Position numbers and translations under genes: made by a program. Source: Octopus sinensis (taxonomy: Eukaryota). Taken from it: a stretch of 64,000 nt of DNA. The notes beneath the pieces were generated by a model. It ran no database searches. It had not been told where the DNA came from and saw nothing but the letters and a program-made list of their open reading frames with translations. Position 1 is the stretch's first letter; the number at the start of each line of letters is the position of its first letter. Location of the stretch: positions 30,814,001 through 30,878,000 of the forward strand of contig NC_043014.1 in NCBI RefSeq assembly GCF_006345805.1, read 5' to 3'. Shown here piece after piece: positions 12,203 to 26,135 of this stretch.

Positions 12203-12582
12203 TTAAAGCACGTGAATTGCTGATTATATTGATGAAGTGAAACTGGAGAACTGTTAATATGACAAGCCTTGTGCAAAACAAATCCAACCCTCAACATTTG
12301 TAGTCTTCATGCTACGCTGAAAAAATTTCATTAACAACTTATTTTTAAAATCTGAATCAAAATGTAGTTTAGTTACGCAAAATTTTATTTATCAATTCAA
12401 AGATGTGTTACTGTTTTTTCCTAACCACCTGCTGTTGCAGTGTCTAAAATAACTATTATTGATTTTTCTCTTTTTAATGCTAAAACTATGAGATTCTTTA
12501 CGTTTAATAATCTACAATAACACATCTGTGAATAGAACGACAGTTTTCTTTTCAACATAACATTTATATGTTTTTAATGACA

Positions 12583-12702
12583 ATATGTGGCAAACACCAC
12601 AGAGTAAGTTCCTAGCAAATAGAGTCTGCAACATGGTTTTCATTCCCGTTAGTAACAATTTCACTTGATCTTCCATCGCTAAAGTATTTGAGGCATGAAC
12701 GT
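12583..12702 (-). ncRNA. Candidate intronic box H/ACA snoRNA
   Basis: 5' hairpin (ttcat/atgaa base, tagcgat/attgtta upper stem), H box AAACCA (12639-12634), 3' hairpin with gcagac/gtttgc base, then ACA+3 nt (12588-12586). About 120 nt, lying wholly inside intron 12526-12721. Confidence 0.55.
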
Positions 12703-13128
12703 CACACAACTTCTTTCTCACCTCCATGAATCCGAAGTCCTGTGCAATGACAACACACATTATGCGACTCTATAAAGTTGGACTTAAGTTTTTTATCTCT
12801 ATGTCGCGATAGAAGGAACTGTTTTCGATTAAATATATTTTTATAATACATCGACGGAAAGGAAGGATAAACAGTGACAGTCTGGAGGACATCAAGAAAC
12901 TGTTGAGTCGATACCTTAAGCTCCATTTATTTTAAAGGAAGGAAAAGAAAGAATAACATCAACATATCCGTCAAAAAACAACAAACAAAAACACATCTTC
13001 GTTGATGTCGATACAGTGAACTTGTAAATTCTTTAATCATAACTAACGAAAATGAAACTTATTTAATTTCTTCTTCCCAGTCTTTATATCACTGGAGACA
13101 GAACTATATCCCATAACAATTAAATTTA

Positions 13129-13215
13129 AATTGTATGCATTTTCGGACACGAAGTGTTTGTTTAAATACATTTTGTAAACAATCGAAGCTCAAAGGATTC
13201 TTGCGGTGGAATGAA
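13129..13215 (-). ncRNA. Weak candidate compact H/ACA-like RNA
   Basis: H box ACAAAA, then a hairpin tgtattt/aaatgca with an acac/gtgt top, then ACAatt. The 5' hairpin is poor and the 3' hairpin short. Confidence 0.25.
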
Positions 13216-13623
13216 TGAAAGAAAAAAAAAGTATTATGTATTAATATATATGTCTATACAGATGTATAACTATGACAATCAGGAATCTATCGAAAGTTTT
13301 AAACGTCACCTGTAATAGTAATGAATTTGAAACGATTAATAAGTGAAGAACTAAAAAAAATTCAGAAGATAGCTGAATACGACAGGTTCTTGTTGCATGT
13401 GGAGAGTATCTTAACTCTTCCTTTCTCTTTGATGGCAGAATATATTTTTGAACAAAATATATATACTTAATATATATTACTCACCTCATTTTAATCAGTT
13501 TCTATGTAAAAAAAAAAAAAGAAAGAGAAAATTCGTGAAGAATACGATAAATTACAACAGAATGAAATTTCTCTTCGCTGAGAAGATTGTTTATACAAGT
13601 CAAATTTTCCTTGAAACTTTTAC

Positions 13624-13836
13624 CCTGAAACCAGAGATGTTTATAGCACACATTAGAATATAATGAATAAATAAGGAAAATATATTAAACTTTAGTACGA
13701 AAATAAATCTATAATAAAGAATGCTGGCATTCAGCAATGCAGTAAGATTGTTACAGTTGGAATATAGGCTAGCCGAGCTAATATTCTATTGTAGACTTGT
13801 TTCGAGGCTACGCACGCCGGGTCGAGTATTCAGAAG
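13624..13836. promoter_or_regulatory. Putative bidirectional promoter between POLR2H and a minus-strand spliced transcript
   Basis: A short CpG-containing segment (gccgagc, cgcacgccgggtcg) directly precedes the POLR2H ATG, which sits in a YY1-like AAGATGGCG. A minus-strand donor CAGG|GTAAAA lies at 13623. Confidence 0.55.
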
Positions 13837-13909
13837 ATGGCGGGTGTTTTGTTTGAAGATATTTTCGACGTAAAGGATCTTGATCCCGATGGCAAGAAAT
13901 TCGACAGAG
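13837..13909 (+). CDS. POLR2H: First coding exon of RNA polymerase I/II/III shared subunit RPABC3 (RPB8)
   Basis: ATG at 13837 translates [24 protein letters not shown], nearly identical to the metazoan RPB8 N-terminus (human [24 protein letters not shown]). The 73-nt exon ends in a consensus donor AG|GTGAGT (phase 1). The start lies in an AAGATGGCG context. Confidence 0.95.
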
Positions 13910-15962
13910 GTGAGTGTTTAAAAAACTCAACTATTAGATTGTACTCGTTTCATACTGCACAGTCATGAATTGCTTTTATCTCGTTATCACTTCCTTTGTT
14001 CACTAAACAGTCCTACAAGCCATCGCCACGTTTTTCTTTTGGTTTCTTCCTGTCTTACACTTCGACTTTCTATTATTCCAATAAACTCGTGACTCTCTCA
14101 TTCTCTCGCTCTCTCTCTCTCTCTGGTATAATCACCACGCTTTTTTTACCATCTCTTTTTCTATACATTCTTCTGTATCTTCAAACTATTTACAAAATTC
14201 ATGCTTATTTTAGTTGACTAAATGAATGACTTAATTGTTGCCACTCTAAGTTTTCTGCAAATTAAACAGAGATAATTAATCAGTGTCCGAAAACATTATT
14301 ATTTTGGATTTTAGCGCAACTTCTTACTACCGATTCAAAGAATCAATCGCAGTTCTTTCTGATTTGAATAGCTTTTCTCTTTCTTTTTAAATTTTCACTC
14401 AGATTAATTATAGTTTTTAATATTTATTTAGATTTTTATGAATTGTGTATGTGTGTGCGTGCACAAACACACATATACATACATATATACATATATATTG
14501 TATGCATTGTTATTTTCCGCAATATTTCATTGACGATAAACCTAGAATCGTTCGGTGTCCAATTTGCTCTCCACACGTGATATTGCGAACCACCTGATCG
14601 ATCTTGTAATTAGGATTCAGTTAGAGATAGTTGGGTTTTCTTTTACGTTTTACAACTTCACACCTGACTTTTTCGTTTTTCTGTCTACGAGCCAAGATGA
14701 GATCCTCTATGCGGTAACGACCTGCTAGAAACATCAGCTAAATTCCCTCAAATCACTGTGTCTTAAAAAAAAAAAAGAGGGATAGATGTAGCTAGACATA
14801 GATATTCTTTATGCGGGTGGTCATGGTTGAAACAGTGAAGATCTTCTAAATCAAAACTGACCTGGGGGCAAGCCATAATCCATAATCTACGGAGTCAGTC
14901 TTTTCCTGTTAGAAATAGCAGCTAAATTTTAACCCACGCCCAACCATCTTAAAGGAAAGGCAGATAATGTAGTTTTAGATAAATGAGATGGTCACATCCA
15001 AAAAATCTTTGATTTAGATTTGCTCGACCAGGTGTGACCTGGGGCTAAATAATTATTACTACTCGAGCCAATAAAGGAACCTCTGGTCATCCAGTCTGCT
15101 AGAAACAGTCACACCCTACAATTTTGGAAAAGAGGGACTCCTGCCAATAACGCGGTCCTAGATGTATATGCCCGAAAAAAAATGGGATGTCACGACTGGA
15201 ACGCCTTTGATGATAATTTAAATCGCGCTGGGGCTAGATGACAAATACAATTACATAGGAATTATTGGTTCTGTAATTTCGAGGTAGATTAAAGGAACAA
15301 TAAGAAGACCTTTCGCCATTACCCTTTCAAAATATTTCCTAATTCTATGTAATAAAGATGCTGTGTATTTTTCAGTGGACAGTATTTTTATTATAAATCA
15401 CCATCCTCATTATTACATTACAAAACCGATTATGGAATGCTGTTATTTTAAAATACATGACTTTCACCGAAAAATAACTTGGAACAATTGCAGAAAGCCG
15501 GTTCCCATCTTTCCTTCCAACCGCACGTGATTAATAAATAAAACAAATATTTTTTTCTGCTTTCAGTTTCGTTATTGCGCAATAACGGCTGAAACTTGTA
15601 TTGAGAAGATTAATTAATTTTCAGATTAAACCTAATTTCTTTGGTGAAGACAGACCCTTCACACACACTCACACCTCCCCACATGCGCACCTTATCAATA
15701 ATTTATGTCGATTATTTTCTTAGTTCCTACTCGAAATTTTACACATTGATCCGACCCCTTGAACATTTTGATAGCCATACGTACATCTCGTTACAACTTG
15801 TTCTTATTTCATCTACAAATTAACTTGCTAAATTATAGTTCTGTTATAATGAAGTAAGCTTGTCTAGTGTTTTCTCCTCTACTCTTTCTGTCATCTTAAA
15901 CATATCTATCTGCCTGCCAGGTGTGTTCATTTGCAATAAGAATAGCTCGTTTGTCATGATAA

Positions 15963-16013
<51 letters not shown>

Positions 16014-16970
16014 CATAAATTTTTTCCTGTATGTATTTGGACATATATTTATAGCTAAGTCAAAACAAGAAATCGATTTTTATGGCTTGGATGATAGAAC
16101 ATTGGAGTAAATCATGGCAATGTTTAGTTCCATTTTGCAAACTCAGTTTCCACAGATCAAATCTCAAGCGAGTTGACTTTTTCTTTTCATCCATTAGGGT
16201 CTGTTATCTTAGACACATCTTATACAAATATTCTTGTTTGTCAAAAGAAATTCATTTTTAGTTGAATTTCCCCACTCTGAAGAGATAAAGGAACTCTTAG
16301 TAATATTCTGAAAATTTACCAGACAGTATTGTTTGAGGTTCAGGGAGAGAAGGAGAAGTTATGAAGTTAGTCTCATACAAGAAGAGTTTAGTCATTTCTG
16401 TGGGCTTAACTATTCAACAACATCTGTCACAGAACAGGTGTTGCCTGTTATGGTTATTAACATCAGGTTGCAATTTCACTTTATATTTCCTTGTAGCCAC
16501 ATGTACACATATCTGTACATAATTTTGTTTTATATGTATTTTTCTCTTAGCATAATTGGAAGAGATTTGTAAACTTATGTGTTCAAACATATATGCTTGT
16601 ATATAACTCTGTGTGTGTGTGTGTGTATGAAGAAATGAATAAAACATTTTGAGGTTTGCAGGCTTGAAATGATTTGAAGCATGATAGCTTGTCTCAAGAT
16701 GTTATGATAGGCAAAAACTTTGTACAAAAAGATGTGACATTTCCCTGAGTAAATGTAGAAAGAAAGAAGTATATGTACAAGAGATTACTGATCAGAGGTG
16801 TATCATGGACAGTGTAGAAATAGTCTATCATCAGAGAAGCCTGTAGCAGATCTCTTTGAGGCAATTGTAAATGAAACAGTTTTAGATGTATTTATTTCTA
16901 CTTACATATCTGTGCAGTCTATTAGGCCTGTATATGTTAATGGTAACCATGTCATTAGCCCTTTAGTGAC

Positions 16971-17002
<32 letters not shown>

Positions 17003-19685
17003 ATCTAATGAAACAGATTATTTTTAATTTTGAAAATAGTCATGAATTGGCAGGGGTGAAAAAAAATATCTATGTCATTTATTAGTTTATTAAGCTGATG
17101 TTTGGAATGTAGTTAAAGTTTTTTTTGCACATAATTATGATGACAGGTTTTAATTTAATTATGAACATTTTAAAATACTGGTAGAAGCAAGGTGGTTTCA
17201 GGTAGGTTGATGTAAGTGTTCAGCTGACAGAAAGAGTGCCAGTCTACATTGCAGATAGCTTTTTATTTTTTGTTATATGAGAAGAATTAAATTGTGTACT
17301 GCAAGCTAATGAGCTGATTTTTGTTTTTACAATGTTGCTGCTGTTTACATCACTCTGCTGAGGGTTAAGTGTATTAAGCACATGTATTTCAATGACTCAA
17401 TATCAACAAACTGTTGGCTATTGTTTGTTTGCCTATTTTCTACCCTATCATGCTTTTGATTGAGATCACAAAGACTGAAAGTTGTGAGAAGTTTTTAATC
17501 AACTGGTATCAGTTATCAGGAACCACAAACAATTGTCTGATTAGTATATGAGGGAAACACCTTTGTCTAATATACATGAAGGTGGGTAATCCATGTATAT
17601 AGTAAGTGCACAAGAGATGCAGTGTGGTCTCTTGTAAACTAATTTTGAAACAGACCTTTTGATGCGCAGATGCATCAGAGTAGCTAATAACATAACAACA
17701 GAGCAGTTCTGGAGTGTTATTTGCAGGAAAAGATAGGAAGTAAGTTCTGTTATGTTAGGTGATATAATTGTTGCTGTACTTCCTAGTGAGAGCAAGAGAA
17801 TAATATTTCATTATTTAACCCCTAATACAAATAAATGGAAATAAAACATTTTATTTTCTTAGTCAGAACCAAGATGTATTTCCCATTAATTATTGTTATA
17901 TCCACTGATATTTGAAAGACATGTTGCTTTCTACAGAAGTGTATGTGTATTTTCTGTGCTATTTAATTTTACTTGTGACTTATATTTTTATATAACCAGC
18001 ATTGTTAATGCGTCTTATTCTTATTTAAATATATTACTGATTTCGTTTCTCATATACCGAGGACATACTCAGGTAATTTGCTAGTAAAGTAAAATTTGCC
18101 AAAATAATAGAAAATATCTTAAAAAATATTTTGCTTGTATATAATTCATAAAAAAGGTAAACAAAAGGGAAGTTTGTGTCTTAGTTTCAGTATTTTCTAA
18201 ACTACCAGAGCAGACATCAAGCAAGAAATGAAACTGGATAAACAGAGATACTTCTTTGCTTTGTATATGGATCTGTCAAATAAGTGAGGAGGTAACAGCA
18301 GGAGTATACCATAAATTTAAGGAATTAATGGTATCATAATTACTGTAGGGTTCAAAAGAAGTGGAAGAAGTTTTGAGAACTGTTACGCCTACTTGAGTTA
18401 GAAGTGTTTATCTACCTGAATAGCAGATTGTATAATTATAGTCATTTTTAAGTTGGGCACAATACTATATGTTCTTAGAGAAGGAACAATTGATTTAATC
18501 AATTCAGAATATTACTAGTACTCTGTGGATCCTGGCAAAATTTGAACTTGGAATGGAAAAGATTGTAACTAAATATTGCCCCTCTGCCAATTCTACCATT
18601 TTCTGTCCTAATAATAGCAAATAAAATAATGTTTTCGATGACAGGTATCTGACCAGTTTTTAAATGAGAGTCTTGTCTAGTCAATTATACCAGCACCATT
18701 ACTTGACTGGTACTTAATTGTGTCACTCCTTCCATCCTACACACACTCCCCAGGTGATTGAAAGGTAAAGTTGATTCCAGTGGTATTTGAATTCAGCAGA
18801 ATATCAATAAGTTTGATACTGTATAGTAGTACATGTCGAAAACATTTAAGAATTAGACAACAGGATGTTGAGAATGTTGTTCTGTTGATACAGTTAAGAA
18901 AGAGACGGTTGGGTGAAGACAATGAATTGAAGCAGCAACTGGATGTACAAGAGAATCGGTGACAAATATATGAGTAAGGGTGATTAGTGTCGTTTGTTTT
19001 AACTTCTGGTCAACTCTGATTGAACAGACGTTCCAGTTGTGACCACCACATCATTTTAAGGCTAAATCTAGGACTATCTTATCAAATGTGATCCTCTTTT
19101 TGCTTTAAGATGGATAGGTATGAATTGCAAGAGACTTGGCTGCTGTTTCTAACTAGCCGAGCAATTCCGCAGACTCCATAGTAGATTCAGACATAATGAG
19201 ATTGGGTTGGTGGAAACTGATTTGATATTGGTGTAAGTTACTGTAGTAGAGCGATGTTGCCTTTTTTTAGTCCCAGTTGGCACTGGTCTAGCAGAACTTA
19301 TGATTAACATGTTCACCCCTTGATCTTTTTAAAGTTGGAATGTGATTAGGACTAAATTTTCTGTTTGCTAACCTTTTAATTGCATAGACTATAATTTTAT
19401 AAAGACTTGACTGCTATTTGTTGGAAGTTGGATACTGCGTAAAAGCTTACGCATTATACTAATGTAATTATGTGTCTATGTACACACACACGCACACATA
19501 TATACATGCATATATATATATATATATATATTTAAACACACACAAACATACATATATATGCATATATTTATATATAGATACATGCACTCATACATATACA
19601 TGCATATATATATAGAGAGAAAGAGACACACACACGCACAAACATACAGTATATATACACATGATTATTTTACATGTACTTTGTA

Positions 19686-19735
<50 letters not shown>

Positions 19736-20369
19736 TACAAAGAACCGGTCTGACTGTATGTAAGAGAGAGAGAGAGAAAGAGAATTTGGAAAGAGATAGA
19801 GAGTTAAGAAGCATCATGATGAATTATATGCATTATCTTGATTCTCATGTTAAAACTGTTCGTTGTGAGATCCCGTGACTTCAGTCGTCTGTAAGACAAT
19901 TGAACAAAATTCTGTCAAATCTGTTAAAATCATACCGGCTCTCGCTTACATCTGCACGCACACACACACACACTTATGTAAAGCTTGTCTGTATTATACA
20001 CATTTATTGTTCTATTGCTGCTTTGATAAGAATACACATACTTGTGTAGATGTTGGTTTACCTTGATTACAAAATCTCGTTGCAATGTTATATAATAAAG
20101 CTGCTGCTTCAGCCGGTCAAGTCTGTGGTTTCATTGTTGTTATAATAGTTATTAGAAATATTTACTTGGGTGTCAATTAATATGAGAATTAATATGGAAG
20201 TTCATTGATTTATTGATTTAGATTTCCACTGTTCTGAGGTACTTTTTTTTTCTATTCTACTACCCATTTGCATACTTAAATTTTCTACCTTAAATAGCAT
20301 TTTGTCTAGGAAGTCTGTTGCTTGTCTTTTGTTTAGTATTTGTTTATAAGAACATTTCTAAGGATGAGT

Positions 20370-21300
20370 AAAAAACATGTGCATGTATGTGCGTGTGTCT
20401 GTGTGCAACTGTACATCTGCATGTATACTGTATGTATGTAGGTATATGCTTGTACGTGTGTGTATGTCTGTGTGTATGTATATACATGCACGTGTGTGTG
20501 TATGCACGTGTATGTGTATGTATGCATGTATATATATGTTTTTATATAATTGTGTATGTACATGTATGCAAGCAAATATGTACCTCCAGGTATGCATGCA
20601 TACATGTACCTGGATCTATGTCTGTATACATGTAGATATATGTATACATATATGTAACTATATATATATGTAACAATAACCATATATATGTACATCTGGG
20701 TATGTGTACATATGTATGGCTGTGCATATGTGTATGTTTGGATATGTATGCATGTATGTACATAATTGTGTATGTACATGTATACGAGTATATATGTACC
20801 TGCGGGTATGCATGCATGCATGTACCTGGATTTGTGTCTGTATACATGTAGATACATGCATACATACATGTAACTATATATATGTAACAATAACCATATA
20901 TATATATGTACTTCTGTGCATATATATGTATATGTACTTCTGTGCATATGTACATATGATGTACGGCTGGGTATATGTACATATGTATGGCTGTGCATAT
21001 ATGTATGTACATAACTCTACATATGTTTGTATACATAACGCTCTGCATATGTGTATATACGTAGCACTCTGCATTTGTGTATATACATAACTCTGTACAT
21101 ATGTGTATATATAACTCTGTGCATGTGTGTGTACATACCTGTGCATATGTGTGTGTATACATATCTCTGTGCATATGTGTGTATATATATAGATCTCTAT
21201 GCATATGTGTATATATAGAGATCTCTGTACATATGTGTATATATATATATAGATCTCTGAGTATATGGGTGTGTGTGTGTGTATATATATATCTTTATAT
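20370..21300. repeat. TA/TG-derived minisatellite with a ~190-bp internal duplication
   Basis: The block ataattgtgtatgtacatgtat..atgtacctggat..taacaataaccat occurs twice, followed by ctctgtgcatatgtgt units. Confidence 0.8.
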
Positions 21301-21304
21301 ATAT

Positions 21305-21537
21305 ATGTTTCTTTATTACCCACAAAGGGCTAAACATAGAGGGGACAAAGAAGGACAGACAAACGAATTAAGTTGATTACATCGACCCCAGTGCGTAACT
21401 GGTACTTAATTTATCGACCTTGAATGGATGAAAGGCAAAGTCGACCTCGGCGGAATTTGAACTCAGAATGTAACGGCAGACGAAATACGGCTACGCATTT
21501 CGCCCTGCGTGCTAACGGTTCTGCCAGCTCGCCGCCT
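21305..21537 (-). mobile_element. Second tRNA-derived SINE family
   Basis: Head GGCGGCGAGCTGGCAGAA...GAGTTCAAATTCCGCCGAGGTCGACTTTGCCTTTCATCC. Near-identical copies at 47280-47440, 48380-48530 and 57295-57492 (with TSD atatgaaagatatatata), and a variant at 44200-44410(+). Confidence 0.9.
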
Positions 21538-21789
21538 TTATATATCTTTATATATATAAAACTGAGAATGTGTGTCTGTCTGTCTGTGTGTTTCCCTAAA
21601 ACTTGAGAACTACACAACCAATTTCATTCAAATTTTACACATGCCTTATTTAGGGTCCGGGGAGTGTCATCGGCAAAAACTTTTTGCCTAGGGTGAGCCC
21701 ACAGCAATATCAAATCTTCTCCACTACGATTCCCTAAAACTTGAGAACTACACAACCAATTCCATTCAAATTTTACACATATGTGAAGC

Positions 21790-23897
21790 TGGTGTAAGAT
21801 ACAGCCATGAACTCACTTTATTTGTTGGGTCTTCACAGTCACAGCATATCTCCAGAGGTCTTGGTTTTCCGTCATTGCCTCTGTGAGGCCCAATTTTTGA
21901 AGGTCATGCTTGACCACCTCATCCCATGTCTTCCTGGGTCTACCTCTGCCCCAGATTTCTTCAACTATTTGGGAGTGGCACTTCTTCACACATCTCTCCT
22001 TATCTATCCGTAGTACATGACCATACCAGTGCAAACGTCTCTTTTGCATGCCACATCCAATGCTTCTCTCATTTCTCTCAGGGCACTTACATTCAGTCGT
22101 GTGTGCACACTAACATTACACATCCAGCGATCATGCTAGCTTCATGTCTTTCAAGCCTAAACATGTCTTCCACAGTCACGGTCCATGTTTCACTGCCATG
22201 AAGCATGGCAGTTTGCATACATGCATCGTACAATCTACCTTTCACTCTGAGCGAGAGACCCTTTGTCACCAGTAGGTGTAGAAGCTTTCTAAACTTTGCC
22301 CAGGCTATTCTTATATTAGTGGTAACACTTTCTGAGCATCCACCACCACTACTAACTTGGTCACCTAGGTAGCGGAAGCGATCAATTACTTCTAGTTTCT
22401 TCCCCTGGAGTCTGATGGAATCTGTTCTTGGAGCATCTGTGGTGTCTATTGCCCCTGTGCATCTGCCGCGCACGAAAGCTATCTGCTTGGTTAATCTTCC
22501 TTATGTGTCCATAGCTTACATTGGGAACATCTTATGGAGTTTCTACCTACACCTTTTCTACAGATCAAGCAGGGCCACCTACATGTGGGGGTGTGTGATG
22601 AGTTTGCCTTCCTACTTACTAGAACTTTGGTCTTTGCTACATTGAGTCTAAGGTCTTTTGATTCTAAACCTAGCTTCCAGACATGAAATTTCTTTTCTAG
22701 TTCCGGTAGTGATTCTGCTATGAGGGCCAGGTCATCAGCATAGAGGAGCTCCCTGGGGCAACCTGTCATGAATTCCTCTGTTATTGTCTGGGGGACTATG
22801 ATGAATAAAAGGTAACTGAGGGCTGAACCTAGGCGGTCTCCTACTTCTTCCTGGAGTTCTTTACTATACTCATTGCTAATCCTAACCTTTCTAATGGCCT
22901 CTCTGTATAGGTCCTGTACAGCTCTTATTTACCATTCATCAATCTCCAGTTTCTGTATCACCCACCAGATAAGGGATTGGGGGACCCTGTCAAAGGCTGT
23001 CTCCAAGCCCACAAAAGCTAAGTATAGTGGTTTATCTTTAGCTAGGTATTTCTCCTGCAGTTGTCGAACCAGGAATATGGTATCAGTGGTGCTTCTACCC
23101 GGCACAAAACCGAACTGCATCTCATCTAAGCAGACTCTCTCCCTAATGAGATGGGCTATCACCCTCTCTGTGACCTTCATTACCTGATCCAGCAGTTTGT
23201 CTGTAGCTCTATCTTCCTCTCCTCAAATTGCTTGATGAGGATGTCCCTAAATCTCTGACCATGTGAAAGGTTCTTTAGCTTCCAAATCCTTTTTTGGATT
23301 GGTCTGATTCTTCGTATGATTCCGGCCTTGAACCTAAAGTCACTAATGACTAGCCTATGCTGGGGGGTACATTCTTCACCCAGGAGGGTCTTTGTATTTA
23401 AGAGCAACTCTGCATCCCACTGTCTGGCGAGGATGAAATCACTCTGGCTAGCAGAGTACCCTTATTGATAGGTTATCAGGTTGTCTCTAGCTTCCTGATA
23501 CCAGTGAAGATACCAGATTCCCACCCACCATGCCTATTAAAATTACCAGCCACAAAGATGAGGTCATTGCCACATGTCTTTGAGGTAGCCTGTAGAAGGG
23601 TATAATAAAAGTGGTCCTTCTGATCATTTGGTAGCTCTGCATGTGGGGTGTAGGTGGAGATAATTGCAACTGTGCTGTTCTGCAGGACTAGCCTCAGATT
23701 AAGCACTCAACCGCATACCCTAACAAACTCTATGACATTATTCACCCATTTCTCCGCTAGGAGTATGCCTACACACCCTACACCATCCAGGTTACTTTGC
23801 CAGGAGAATTTATGCCTTGCTGAAGCTCCTCTCCATCTTACCTCTTGTATGCAGCATACATCAACCCGTCTCCTTTCAAGCATCTCTACAATCTCAT
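21790..23897 (-). mobile_element. Degenerate, internally deleted RTE-clade LINE (APE endonuclease + RT)
   Basis: APE motifs VDVCCIQEVRWRG, FVAGNFN and GEECTPQHRLV. RT motifs QFGFVPGRST, ETAFDRVP, LLYADDLAL and FRYLG. C-terminus RRLHWYGHVLR..RGRPRKTW. The EN-RT linker is deleted near 23200. Confidence 0.92.
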
Positions 23898-23931
<34 letters not shown>

Positions 23932-24479
23932 CACATATACAGGTGCAGGAGTGGCTGTGGTAAGCAGATTGCTTACCAACTACATGGTTCTGGGTTCAGT
24001 CCCTCTGCATGGCACCTTCGGCAAGTGTCTTGTGAATGGATTTGGTGGATGGAAATTGAAAGTAGCCCATCGTATATATGTATATACATGTGTGTGCTTC
24101 TGTGTTTCTCCAACATCACTTGACAACCGATGCTGGTGTGTTTACATCCTCATAACTTAGCGCTTTGGCAAAACAGACCGATAGAATAAGTACTAGGCTT
24201 ACAAAGAATAAGTCCTGGGGTCGATTTGCTTGACTAAAGGCGGTGCTCCAGCATGGATGCAGTCAAATGACTGAAACAAGTAAAAGAGTAAAGAGTATAT
24301 ATATAAAAATATATACACACAGATACACACACACACACACATATATATACACACACACATATGTATATACATATATACATACACATATATTTATGTATAT
24401 ATATATATTATATATATATACATATATATACATAAACATACATATATACACACATATATATAGCCATATATGCATATAC

Positions 24480-24511
<32 letters not shown>

Positions 24512-24514
<3 letters not shown>

Positions 24515-25127
24515 AGACCATAACCTTGTGGCCTATGCCAGGGGTGTATCCAGTCCACTTATGCGTGCCTTTCTTTCATTGGACACTAAACTCTGCTTAC
24601 GAAGACCTGTTTAGGCAACTGAAATTGAAATCAAAATCAAACTCAGTGACTGGCATCCATTGCTAGTGGAGCGCTAAGAGCACCATACGAGTGAGATCAT
24701 TGCCAGAGCAACAAGCTGGGCTCCGTGCTGATGGCACGTTTAAAACGCTATTCGAGCGTGATCGTTACCTGCGTCGCCTTACTAGCATTGTGCTCGTGGC
24801 ACATGAAAACGACATTCGAGCAACGTCGTTACCAGTGCCACTGGACTGGCTCCTGTGAAGGTGGCACATAAAAAGCACCATTTGAGCGTGGCCATTGCCA
24901 GTACCACCTAACTGGCCCTTGTGCCGGTACCATGTAAAAGCACCCACTAAAAGCAACCATGGAGTGGTTGGCATTAAGAAGGGCATCAAGTGTTAGAAAC
25001 TCTGCCAGATCAGATTGGAGTCTGGTGCAGCCAACTGGTTCGTCAAATCGTCCAACCCATGCTAGCATGGAAAGTGTACGTCAAACGATGAGGGTGATGA
25101 TATACATGTGTGTATGTGTGTGTATGT

Positions 25128-25199
<72 letters not shown>

Positions 25200-25477
25200 G
25201 TCTTTATGTATGTACCAATGTATGTACATATACTAATCTACATAGGTACATGTGTAGATATATATCTACATATGTGCCTATCTACGTATGCGCCTATGTA
25301 GATATGTATATATATATATATCTATAGATATATATATATATAATATATATATATATGCATATATATGTATATTATATATGTATATATATATATATGTGTA
25401 TATATAGATGTATATATATATATATGTGTGTATATATAATATATATATGTGTGTGTATATATAGATGTATATATATA

Positions 25478-25524
<47 letters not shown>

Positions 25525-25556
25525 TATGTGTATATATAGATGTATATATATATATA

Positions 25557-25627
<71 letters not shown>

Positions 25628-25899
25628 ATATATATATATAATATATATATATATATACACACAGATACACACACACACATATAATATATACACACACATA
25701 TCTATATACATATATACATACACATATATTTATGTATATATATATATATATATATATACATATATATACATAAACATACATATATACACACATATATATA
25801 GCCATATATGCATATACGTATATATATATATTATATATATATATACGTATATGCATATATGGCTATATATATGTGTGTATATATGTATGTTTATGTATA

Positions 25900-25931
<32 letters not shown>

Positions 25932-26091
25932 CGTATATGCATATATGGCTATATATATGTGTGTATATATGTATGTTTATGTATATATATGTATATATAT
26001 ATAATATATATATAATATACATAAATATATGTGTATGTATATATGTATATACATATGTGTGTGTGTATATATATATGTGTGTGTGTGTATC

Positions 26092-26135
<44 letters not shown>

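Larger units (their letters stand above)
9297..13780 (-). ncRNA. Putative multi-exon non-coding snoRNA host transcript
   Basis: Minus-strand micro-exons with AG acceptors and GT donors: 13485-13501 (ttttacatag|...|gtgagt), 13310-13350, 12722-12739 (cacag|...|gtgaga), 12502-12525 (ttcacag|...|gtaaag), a donor at 11621 (gtatgt), 9955-10063 (tttcctag|...CAG|gtaaga), 9510-9526 (|gtgagt) and 9297-9337 (ctttgcag|...|gtatgt). The ATG in the 13485 exon reaches a stop within about 25 codons, and exon 9955-10063 has stops in all three frames. Confidence 0.55.

Noticed and set aside
12512-12926. Minus-strand ORFs of 82 and 74 aa
   Set aside because: No recognisable protein; they run across predicted splice sites and the snoRNA-like structure.
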